Below are positions 8,033-15,735 of a DNA stretch of 64,000 bases, piece by piece; positions within the stretch are counted from its first letter, which is position 1, and the number at the start of each line of letters is the position of its first letter. The stretch comes from Clostridia bacterium (GTDB taxonomy: Bacteria > Bacillota > Clostridia > Oscillospirales > CAG-272). The stretch spans positions 19,175-83,174 of the forward strand of contig JAFTZI010000056.1 of NCBI GenBank assembly GCA_017461055.1, written 5' to 3'. The notes below the pieces were generated by a model. That model did no database searches and was not told the origin of the DNA. It worked only from the letters and a program-made list of their open reading frames with translations. A program made the position numbers and the translations under genes.

Positions 8033-10786
8033 ATGAAAAATTTAAAAAGAATTATGCTGCTCGTAGTAGTCATAATGGCTGTGCTTAGTATGACCTTACT
8101 AATGTCAGCTTGCGGTGATGATGAGGAAAATCCTACTCCGCCTACATCTTCATCAAGCGGTAGCTCAAACACAACAAACGGCTCAAATCCGGGCGATTCA
8201 TCAAATACCGATGATGAAAAGGATGAATTAGAAACAAATCCAAATCTTGTAAGAGTAAACGTTGTTGACGAAAAGGGTAAGCCCGTAAACGGTGCAACCG
8301 TACAAATTTGTCAGGGTGAGCTCTGCTTTTCAAAGCCTATTAAGACAGGCGCTGACGGTACAGGAACAAGAGAATATGAGCTTGACGGCTCTGCTCTTAA
8401 GGCAAAGGTTATTAAAATAGACGGTATGACCGACTATTTAACTCCGGGCGAGCTTGGTTATATCTATTTTGACTCAGGCTCACGTGAAATTACAATCACA
8501 ATTAAAAAGGTAACCGTAAATGTATTCGACTCTGACGGCAAGGCTGTTGAGGGTGCAGTTGTTCAGCTTTCTCAGGGCGAGCATATTTTAGGCGCTAACA
8601 CCGAGCTTGTAACAGATGCTGATGGCGTAGCTTATGGCTTTGTAGCTTTAAGCGGCGAGGAAATTATGGTTAAGGTTACAGAAATTTTAAGCGGCGGAAG
8701 CTACGAGCTTGATAATGAGGCAGTTGGCTTCGGTATAGGTGTATATGATGGCACAGTTACAGTACAAAAGCTTTTAGCCTATGTTGTTAAGCTTTCCACT
8801 ATGCTTGGCGATAATCTTGCCGATGTAAAGGTTCAGCTTTTCGATTCCAAGAACAGAATGAGAAAGACCCTAACCACCGATGAAAACGGTATGGTAAAAT
8901 TTGAAAACGTTGACCCCGACACATACTATGTAAAGGTTGTTTGCAACGACCCTACATATGTTATAATCAGCGAAGGGGTTGACGGCAAATATTATTTTCC
9001 CGCAGGCTCTACCACACTTAACCTTGATGTGGCAATAGTTACTGACGTTACATATGAAATAACAGTGTCAAACGGTCTTAGCGGACAAACCGTAAAGCTA
9101 TATAATAAGGACAGTGAGCTTATTGCATTTGCAGAAACAGATGAAAACGGTGTTGCAAGCATTGTAGCTCCTTATGGAGAATATTATGCGGTTCTTGACA
9201 GTGAATATTTTGCGGAATATATTCAGTTTACAAAGGACGGCAACTTAAGCGGCACAATTACAGTGACAGACGAGCTTGCAGGCTCTTCAGAGTATAGCCC
9301 TATATACCTTTTTGATTACGATAATATAAGCTTTGATGCAAGCAGTGAATTTCTTTGGTATGAGGTTGTTGACTATGAAGGAAAGCTTGTAGTTATTAAC
9401 TTAAGCTCAGGCGCATATATCTTTGGCTATAACTTAATTAGCTCGATTGGCGGCGAAACAGAAACAATTGTTCTTAATGAAACAGGCATATTCAATATAG
9501 GACCGCACCAAAGCTCTGCTGACATTACAGTAACTCTCAAGGTTCCGGGCACACATTCAAGCCCTATTGATATTACAGAAAATGTAACAGATGCACCAAG
9601 CAATATAGATGTATCAATTAAGAAGGATCACGTTTCTTACTATTCCTACTCAGCAAGCAAGGATGGCGTTATTAAAATAACAGTTGACCCAAGCGTTATA
9701 ATTTCCTTTGAGGGCGTAGGACAGGGTCTTAGCTACGGTGACGGAGATAAGGTTGTTTACATTTACCCATTATGCGCAGGCGAAGGCGTTATAATCGGTA
9801 TTAACTCATTTGATGCGGAAATCGGTGAGTCCGTTGACCTTGACGCTACCTTATCAGTAGCATATGGCAAGGAAAACCAAAGCTATACTGTTTTAGTGCT
9901 TAAGGAAGGCGAAGCTTCACAGGGCACAACCGTAATTCTTTATACTAAGGTAAACGGTGAATTAACCGAGGTTGCAAGAGGTACAACTGACGAAAACGGA
10001 AAATACGTATTCGATGGCATTAACTATGCTAACAGCTATGTAGTTAAGGTTGAATATCCCGAGGGCTATACATCAACCTACGAGGAAACAGCATTCGGAA
10101 CAGAGCTTACCGCAAGCGTATATATGACCACAATTAAAACGGGTAGCGTTGATCTCCCATTTGATTTTGACACTCTTGGCGGCGAGGAGAGCATAACCGT
10201 TAACGCAAATTCAACTGTTTGGTATACAGTTAATGTTCGTCCAAGCAATGACGGAACAAAATTCACACTTTCCGTAAACAGTGCAAACGTAGTAATTAAG
10301 GTATATTATTCCGACACAAACGGTGATGACGTAATTGACGAAAACGACACACCTGTGGGCATTTCAACCGTTGCTGACGGAAAGGCGGTATATACCTTCG
10401 GCTCAAATAACAGAGTATACAAAATCGCTGTTTCTACCGAAAACGGTGAAGCAGAGGATGTTACATTATTCTATGCTTCCAAGGCAACAGCAGAGGGCGA
10501 AACCGTAGATAATGCTATTGAAATTACCGAGGCAGGTAAGTATAGCGTAAGCCTTGATGCTTCATGTGTATATTACAGATATACAGGCGAGGCGGCAACT
10601 CTTACAGTAACTGTTGAAGGCGAAAATGTAACACTCAAAACCGTAGAGCTTTCTATGGATGCTGACCCTGTTATAAAGGATGCAAGCGGAAACACATTCA
10701 CCGTTATCACAGAGGGTGATTGGATTTACTTTGCAATCGAATCAAGTGCACAAGCTGAGGTTGAATTTACAGTAACCGCTGAATAA
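8033..10786 (+). CDS. Very large lipoprotein (917 aa) built from repeated carboxypeptidase-regulatory-like / prealbumin-like beta-sandwich modules
   Basis: MKNLKRIMLLVVVIMAVLSMTLLMSAC/GDDEENPTPPTSSSSGSS (lipobox). At least five repeats of the type VxVxVxDxxGKxVxGAxVQLxxG....TDxxGxxxF, for example VRVNVVDEKGKPVNGATVQIC, VTVNVFDSDGKAVEGAVVQLS, VVKLSTMLGDNLADVKVQLF, YEITVSNGLSGQTVKLY, YTVLVLKEGEASQGTTVILY. GGGAGG RBS. Confidence 0.75.
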   Translation: MKNLKRIMLLVVVIMAVLSMTLLMSACGDDEENPTPPTSSSSGSSNTTNGSNPGDSSNTDDEKDELETNPNLVRVNVVDEKGKPVNGATVQICQGELCFSKPIKTGADGTGTREYELDGSALKAKVIKIDGMTDYLTPGELGYIYFDSGSREITITIKKVTVNVFDSDGKAVEGAVVQLSQGEHILGANTELVTDADGVAYGFVALSGEEIMVKVTEILSGGSYELDNEAVGFGIGVYDGTVTVQKLLAYVVKLSTMLGDNLADVKVQLFDSKNRMRKTLTTDENGMVKFENVDPDTYYVKVVCNDPTYVIISEGVDGKYYFPAGSTTLNLDVAIVTDVTYEITVSNGLSGQTVKLYNKDSELIAFAETDENGVASIVAPYGEYYAVLDSEYFAEYIQFTKDGNLSGTITVTDELAGSSEYSPIYLFDYDNISFDASSEFLWYEVVDYEGKLVVINLSSGAYIFGYNLISSIGGETETIVLNETGIFNIGPHQSSADITVTLKVPGTHSSPIDITENVTDAPSNIDVSIKKDHVSYYSYSASKDGVIKITVDPSVIISFEGVGQGLSYGDGDKVVYIYPLCAGEGVIIGINSFDAEIGESVDLDATLSVAYGKENQSYTVLVLKEGEASQGTTVILYTKVNGELTEVARGTTDENGKYVFDGINYANSYVVKVEYPEGYTSTYEETAFGTELTASVYMTTIKTGSVDLPFDFDTLGGEESITVNANSTVWYTVNVRPSNDGTKFTLSVNSANVVIKVYYSDTNGDDVIDENDTPVGISTVADGKAVYTFGSNNRVYKIAVSTENGEAEDVTLFYASKATAEGETVDNAIEITEAGKYSVSLDASCVYYRYTGEAATLTVTVEGENVTLKTVELSMDADPVIKDASGNTFTVITEGDWIYFAIESSAQAEVEFTVTAE

Positions 10787-10871
10787 TTATAATAGGAGCT
10801 GTCCTGTAGGAGCCATACCCTAAAGGATGGCTTCAAGAAATCATACAATTGCGTACCTATCGACAGAAAAA

Positions 10872-10908
10872 GGCAGAGAAAGTTTTACGTTCTCTGCCTT
10901 GTTTTCTT
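10872..10908 (+). terminator. Rho-independent terminator
   Basis: GGCAGAGAA (10872-10880), 9-nt loop, TTCTCTGCC (10890-10898), followed by ttgttttctt. Confidence 0.7.
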
Positions 10909-10917
10909 AATAAGTCT

Positions 10918-10937
10918 GCATTTGTGATCACAAATGC
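10918..10937. promoter_or_regulatory. Perfect 20-bp palindrome, candidate operator upstream of the sigma-factor gene
   Basis: GCATTTGTGATCACAAATGC is its own reverse complement. It lies about 107 bp upstream of the GTG at 11044, just upstream of a weak TAGACT-17-TATAAT promoter-like string. Confidence 0.35.
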
Positions 10938-11043
10938 TTTGTATAGACTAATTCACAATTTCATGATATAATTATAAAAATTTCCCAACCTTTTTCAAAA
11001 TCCGTGTCTATATGGGTGAAAGCTTTCAACGAGGTACAAATAA

Positions 11044-12705
11044 GTGAACAGACAAGATGCCGAAAAAATCATAACTGAATATTTAAAACCCATGTTTGGC
11101 TTTGCACTGAAGCGGTGCAAAAACGCACACGACGCACAGGATCTATCTCAAGATATAGTATTGAAGGCGTTTCGCGCACTTTTGATCAAAGACGATATTG
11201 GAGATGTTAGCAAATTTATTTGGACGATTGCGCACAATGCACTCAGCAATTACTATCGAGATACTGCTAAAAGTATTATAGGCGTACCCATTGATGAGAT
11301 GGCTGAGATTATTGCGGATCCCGACTCGGCTTTTGATGATAATGACAATACTGATGCGGTTCGCAAATTACAGAGTGAAATCGCATATCTTTCAAAACTC
11401 CAACGTAAGATTGTAATTGCATACTATTTCGAAAACCGTAAGCAAGCCAATATTGCTGAAGATTTAGATATTCCTCTCGGCACGGTCAAGTGGCACTTGT
11501 TTGAAGCGAAAAAAGAATTGAAACGAGGTATGGATACTATGAGAAAAACAAGTGAACTAAAATTTAATCCAATCAAATTCACCGCAGTTGGCATTAACGG
11601 TGCTATCGGAACTAAATCTACTGATGAATTTTTCCGTTCCGCACTTTCGCAGAACATCTGTTATTGTGTACGTAATGAAGCAAAAACGGTCAATGAAATT
11701 GCAGATGCCATCGGTGTTTCGCCCGTGTATGTGGAAACTGAGGTCGATTTTTTGGAGAAATACGGCTTTTTGAAGCAAAGTCATGATAAATATATCGTCA
11801 ATTTTATCATAAGCGAGCCCACAGTAGAGCTTTTGACTATGCAAGATGAAATGTATAAAAAAGCGGCAGGATTGTTTGCAAATGAGCTATATGATGAGCT
11901 GATGAACAGTGGAATTTTGGACGATGAGAATATTTTCTGCAATCAAATGCTTTCCAATTCTACACGAGAAAAGCCGCTCAGAGATAAAAACTTTCTTCTG
12001 TGGTCGCTTATACCGTATATCGCAGCAATGTCGGGGGAAAAACTTATTGACAATACAATTACCTTTGAAGAGGTTGCTACCATTCGTCCTGACGGAGCAC
12101 ATAATATCGCTCATGCCACTGTTGTAGCGGATGAACTGAAATTGCCAAACGATTACGTTTATATGAGAGATTGGTGTGGACCGTGTTATAATGCGAACGT
12201 GGATCATATGCTTTGGAAGGTTGATACCGAGTGGTCGGGGCGACGCATCGAGGTTACTAGACATGAGCATGAAGTCGCAAAACGTGTCCTTTCGCTTTAT
12301 GAACACGAAGAAGAAAATCTCCTTTCAAAAGAAGATTATGCTTGGCTTTCTGAACGTGGATATATCAAAACTTGGGGAGATTATGATGGATACTTTAAAA
12401 CAGCGTGGCAGATCATCGTATTGAGAAACAAGGAGATTAAAGAAAAACTTCTCGCGATTGGTGAAAAGATAAAAGAAAAATACAAGGACGAATTTGATAT
12501 TATAAAAGAGCCTTATGTTAAGGCTACATTGAACTCGGTTCCTGCCCATTTGCGCAAAGTCAAGGCATATGAATTGCAGTTTGCGTTTCATGCTGACGGG
12601 TGGTTCTTACTGCACTGTATTGTTGCTCTCCTGAACAATGGCAAGTTAACGCTGCCCACCGAAGAACAGAAAAAAATACTTACAACGATTATTCTTCCGA
12701 ATTAA
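11044..12705 (+). CDS. Sigma-70 family (ECF-type, regions 2 and 4) RNA polymerase sigma factor with a roughly 390-aa C-terminal extension containing an extra winged-helix-like segment
   Basis: GTG start with GAGGT RBS 8 nt upstream. DAQDLSQDIVLKAF...FIWTIAHNALSNYYRD resembles region 2. LQRKIVIAYYFENRKQANIAEDLDIPLGTVKWHLFEAKKELKRG resembles the region 4 HTH. After about residue 165 the protein is soluble (no TM) and includes TVNEIADAIGVSPVYVETEVDFLEKYGFLK (wHTH-like). Confidence 0.8.
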   Translation: MNRQDAEKIITEYLKPMFGFALKRCKNAHDAQDLSQDIVLKAFRALLIKDDIGDVSKFIWTIAHNALSNYYRDTAKSIIGVPIDEMAEIIADPDSAFDDNDNTDAVRKLQSEIAYLSKLQRKIVIAYYFENRKQANIAEDLDIPLGTVKWHLFEAKKELKRGMDTMRKTSELKFNPIKFTAVGINGAIGTKSTDEFFRSALSQNICYCVRNEAKTVNEIADAIGVSPVYVETEVDFLEKYGFLKQSHDKYIVNFIISEPTVELLTMQDEMYKKAAGLFANELYDELMNSGILDDENIFCNQMLSNSTREKPLRDKNFLLWSLIPYIAAMSGEKLIDNTITFEEVATIRPDGAHNIAHATVVADELKLPNDYVYMRDWCGPCYNANVDHMLWKVDTEWSGRRIEVTRHEHEVAKRVLSLYEHEEENLLSKEDYAWLSERGYIKTWGDYDGYFKTAWQIIVLRNKEIKEKLLAIGEKIKEKYKDEFDIIKEPYVKATLNSVPAHLRKVKAYELQFAFHADGWFLLHCIVALLNNGKLTLPTEEQKKILTTIILPN

Positions 12706-12714
12706 TAAAACAAG

Positions 12715-12749
12715 CCGCCGAGAGTTACCATAATGGTAACTCTCGGCGG
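12715..12749. terminator. Bidirectional rho-independent terminator between convergent genes
   Basis: 15-bp perfect stem CCGCCGAGAGTTACC (12715-12729), ataat, GGTAACTCTCGGCGG (12735-12749). A-rich on the left flank and T-rich on the right. Confidence 0.8.
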
Positions 12750-12783
12750 TGCTTTGTTATTCATTTTTACTTACAGAAATTTT

Positions 12784-14397
12784 TTAATCGTTTTTTGCCA
12801 ATTCCGTATCAATTATTTCTTTTAGTGAATTGTAGTTCATTGAGGCTTTAATTGATGCAATAATCACACCGTCCTTATCAAGAATAATAGTGATAGGATA
12901 GGAATCTCCGCCGCCAAGCATCTTAAAGTAGGTTTCATCAGCGTACTCATCGCTTTCGTCTAAGGAAGTATCCTTAACGAAAATCATATCTGAGTCCTTA
13001 TAATGCGTATCTACATAATCCGCAGCAGTATTAAAATCTCTGTGTGTATGTACAGCAACAACTGTTACTGTGTCCTTATATTCTGTTGCAATTGTGTCAA
13101 AATAAGGCAGCTCCTCAATGCATCCGCCGCACCAAGTACCCCAGAAGTTTATAACTGTGATTTTACCATTGTTGCTTGCAGGATTAAAGCTTTCTCCATT
13201 TTTTCCGTTTTCGTCAAATACCTCCATATCGTAACCGTAGCAGGTATTGCCAACCTCGTTTCCAAGAGGTGGAGCATTATCTTCAACAGGAGGCTGATTA
13301 TTTGTTGGTGGAAGCTGTGGCTCCTTGATAACATCAATGAAATTGTAGTAAATTAGAGCAAATGCCAAAACGCCTGTCATTAAACAAGCAACAACGATTT
13401 TTAAAATCTTATTGCGCTTTTTGATTTTTTCATTGCGCGCCAAGAATTCCTCTCTTTGCTTGCTTGCAAGTAAAATTTCATCCTCGGAGCTGTTTTCGTT
13501 TATAGAAACAGGAGCATCAATTTCATTGGGCGGTAAAATAAGCTTTGAGCCCTTCCAAGAAATCGCTTGCGTCGGACAAACCTCAATACACTCACCGCAA
13601 TTTATACATTCGTGGTCATTAACGTGGCGAATATCTACCTTACATTTATTTACACAAAGTCCGCAATCGGTACACTTGCTTTTTTCAAGCTTTATTCCGA
13701 ATACGCTGAAACGGTTGAAAAGACCGTAAATAGCGCCAAGAGGACAAATGAAACGGCAGAACATTCTGAAAATAAATATAGAGCCTACAACAATGCTGAC
13801 AAGTAAAAGGAATTTCCAAGTAAACAAAGGACCAAGACGCGCAAGCTCGCTTTCGTTTACCTTGTTGGAAAGAAGTCCCATAGCGCCCTCAAGAGTGCCG
13901 GCAGGACATATGTATTTGCAAAAGGCAGGAATAGCTCTGTCCTTAAATGCGTAGAGAATAGGAACGACAACGACAAACAATACCAAAATAACGTATTTTA
14001 AATAAGACAAAATTTTGGTAATCTTGTTTTTCTTTAGCTTAGGGGTTTTAATCTTATATAAAAGCTCCTGAATAAGTCCGAACGGACAAAGAAATCCGCA
14101 AATAAAGCGACCGAAAAGCAAGCCGTAAAGCAAGAGAATACCGATAACATAAAATGGAACGGTTTTCTGACTTGCTCCGAGAGCATTTTGTAAAGCTCCC
14201 AAGGGACAAGCTCCGACAGCGCCCGGACAGGAATAGCAGTTAAGACCGGGGGCGCAGATGTTTTTTGAAGGACCCTTGTAAATCTTTCCGTTAAAGAAGC
14301 CCTTAATGTTTGCATTAAACAATAGAGCCGCATAAAGCTGAATCAGCTTTCTCTTTGATGGGAGAAGGCTTTTTATTTTACTGAACACTTTTTTCAT
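12784..14397 (-). CDS. NapH/MauN-like polytopic 4Fe-4S protein fused to a C-terminal TlpA/ResA-like thioredoxin domain
   Basis: Start chosen at MKKVFSK (14397), 2 nt after the upstream stop; the track ORF extends to 14427. CxxCP and CxxxCP motifs: NCYSCPGAVGACP, CGFLCP, CKYICP, CRFICP. Two ferredoxin motifs, CTDCGLCVNKC and CINCGECIEVCP (about 13566-13680). Then a TM helix ILKIVVACLMTGVLAFALIYYNF, a Pro-rich linker, and ITVINFWGTWCGGCIEELPYF with WCGGC at 13120-13134. Confidence 0.8.
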   Translation of the reverse strand: MKKVFSKIKSLLPSKRKLIQLYAALLFNANIKGFFNGKIYKGPSKNICAPGLNCYSCPGAVGACPLGALQNALGASQKTVPFYVIGILLLYGLLFGRFICGFLCPFGLIQELLYKIKTPKLKKNKITKILSYLKYVILVLFVVVVPILYAFKDRAIPAFCKYICPAGTLEGAMGLLSNKVNESELARLGPLFTWKFLLLVSIVVGSIFIFRMFCRFICPLGAIYGLFNRFSVFGIKLEKSKCTDCGLCVNKCKVDIRHVNDHECINCGECIEVCPTQAISWKGSKLILPPNEIDAPVSINENSSEDEILLASKQREEFLARNEKIKKRNKILKIVVACLMTGVLAFALIYYNFIDVIKEPQLPPTNNQPPVEDNAPPLGNEVGNTCYGYDMEVFDENGKNGESFNPASNNGKITVINFWGTWCGGCIEELPYFDTIATEYKDTVTVVAVHTHRDFNTAADYVDTHYKDSDMIFVKDTSLDESDEYADETYFKMLGGGDSYPITIILDKDGVIIASIKASMNYNSLKEIIDTELAKND

Positions 14398-14399
14398 AA

Positions 14400-15245
14400 T
14401 CAACCCATCCCTATACATTCTGTACAAATATTAATTGCCTTTGTAAGCACGTCAGCCATGCCTCCGTTTGTAACACCCAAGATTATAAAGGTAAGCGCAA
14501 GACAAGCTACAACACACTTCATTACAATTGATAAAATTCTGTGCCATTTTTTAGGTGCAGACGCATTTTTAAAGCTCTGTGTAAGTCCCTGTGAAAGCCT
14601 TGTAAATGTACCAAGCTCCGTGCCATTTTCTGACACTCCCTCGGCTGTTTTTGCGTTTTTAAGCTCATTTTTAACTATTTCAAGCTCTTTTCTTATGCTG
14701 AATTTGCAAACATAAGCAGTAACTACGAGATAAACCACAGGAACAGCAAAATATCTAAGGACAGAAAGACAAGCCTTAGTCATTTCTGCGTTAATGTCGG
14801 TTTTTGAAGCGTCAAAATTATTAAGCACGCTGACAAAGGAAATAACAGATGCAGCCACAATAAGCAGTACGCTGATTAGCACCATAACCAAGCGAAGAAT
14901 ACGTTGCTTTTCTATCATAGCACCGCCTTGGCCGCTTACCCTTTCAAGACGCAAGCTTAAATTGTGCAGTACTAATGAATCCTTTACCTTACCCTTTTCC
15001 TTTTTATGCTCCCTCGGTGTTATTATGCTGAGAACAACGCCAAAAGCCACAAGGCAAAGAAGCGCATAAACCAAAACCGCAATTTTTGAAAAATGCTCGC
15101 CAACGCTTTCTCTTGTAAAGGGAGAAGGGCCTGAGTTGTATATGTCAATGCACATAACAATGAACAAAACAGCCACAACGCATATAAGCAGGGTCGTTGC
15201 TATACCGTAAATCAAATTTATCTTTTTCAATGCTCTATTTGACAT
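14400..15245 (-). CDS. Polytopic membrane protein (281 aa, about 5 TM) ending in a C-terminal CxxC motif
   Basis: AAAGGAG RBS. Hydrophobic helices throughout. The last residues are ...GVTNGGMADVLTKAINICTECIGMG (CTEC at 14415-14426). From memory this tail resembles the small CD1871A-family CXXC proteins that sit beside 4Fe-4S-binding membrane proteins in Clostridia. Unverified. Confidence 0.65.
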   Translation of the reverse strand: MSNRALKKINLIYGIATTLLICVVAVLFIVMCIDIYNSGPSPFTRESVGEHFSKIAVLVYALLCLVAFGVVLSIITPREHKKEKGKVKDSLVLHNLSLRLERVSGQGGAMIEKQRILRLVMVLISVLLIVAASVISFVSVLNNFDASKTDINAEMTKACLSVLRYFAVPVVYLVVTAYVCKFSIRKELEIVKNELKNAKTAEGVSENGTELGTFTRLSQGLTQSFKNASAPKKWHRILSIVMKCVVACLALTFIILGVTNGGMADVLTKAINICTECIGMG

Positions 15246-15277
15246 AAGTAAGCTCCTTTCGAAAAATATTCCTACTT

Positions 15278-15306
15278 ATTTTAACATAAAAACAAGAAAA
15301 TGTCAA
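15278..15306 (-). promoter_or_regulatory. Putative sigma-A promoter of the CxxC-protein / NapH-TlpA operon
   Basis: Minus strand TTGACA (15306-15301), 17 nt, TAAAAT (15283-15278), 32 nt upstream of the ATG at 15245. Confidence 0.5.
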
Positions 15307-15644
15307 TAAGAAGGAAATATGTAGCTTTAAAAAGTAAAAAAAAGCAAAAAACAGACACAGGGTGGGCAAAATACAAGCTTTTTTCAATGGCTTTTTCTCG
15401 TAATCAATCTAAATTTTGAGAAAAAATCAAAATAATGAAACAAAAAGTAAATTTCTTGTCACAAAAAAGTAACAAAGTAATCTTTACACAAAAAAGCCTG
15501 CGTTTTTTACAAATGCCAAAAATAGTCAAAAGCCTATTGAACTCTAAGGCTTTTAGTGTTTTTTCGTTTTATCATAGTAAATCAAAAGCAAGGTAAATTG
15601 ATGAAGCTTTTGGCCTAATATTATATAATAGTTATAAAAAAGCC

Positions 15645-15673
15645 TTGCAATTTACTTACCAATATGTTAAAAT
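15645..15673 (+). promoter_or_regulatory. Putative promoter of the protease/Opp operon
   Basis: TTGCAA (15645-15650), 17 nt, TAAAAT (15668-15673), about 60 nt upstream of the ATG at 15736. Confidence 0.4.
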
Positions 15674-15735
15674 TAATCACGTATGTAATGTTTTATATTT
15701 TATACACGCAATAATATAAGGAAAGGCGAAACAAA

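Noticed and set aside
11887-12306. 139-aa minus-strand ORF, plus several 60-95-aa ORFs within 11424-12851
   Set aside because: They are antisense or out of frame within the sigma-factor gene, with no RBSs and no recognisable motifs.
15435-15596. 53-aa Lys-rich ORF (MKQKVNFLSQKSNKV...) in the long intergenic region
   Set aside because: It has no RBS. Its composition simply reflects A-rich DNA, and it spans the terminator-like hairpin. It is probably non-coding.
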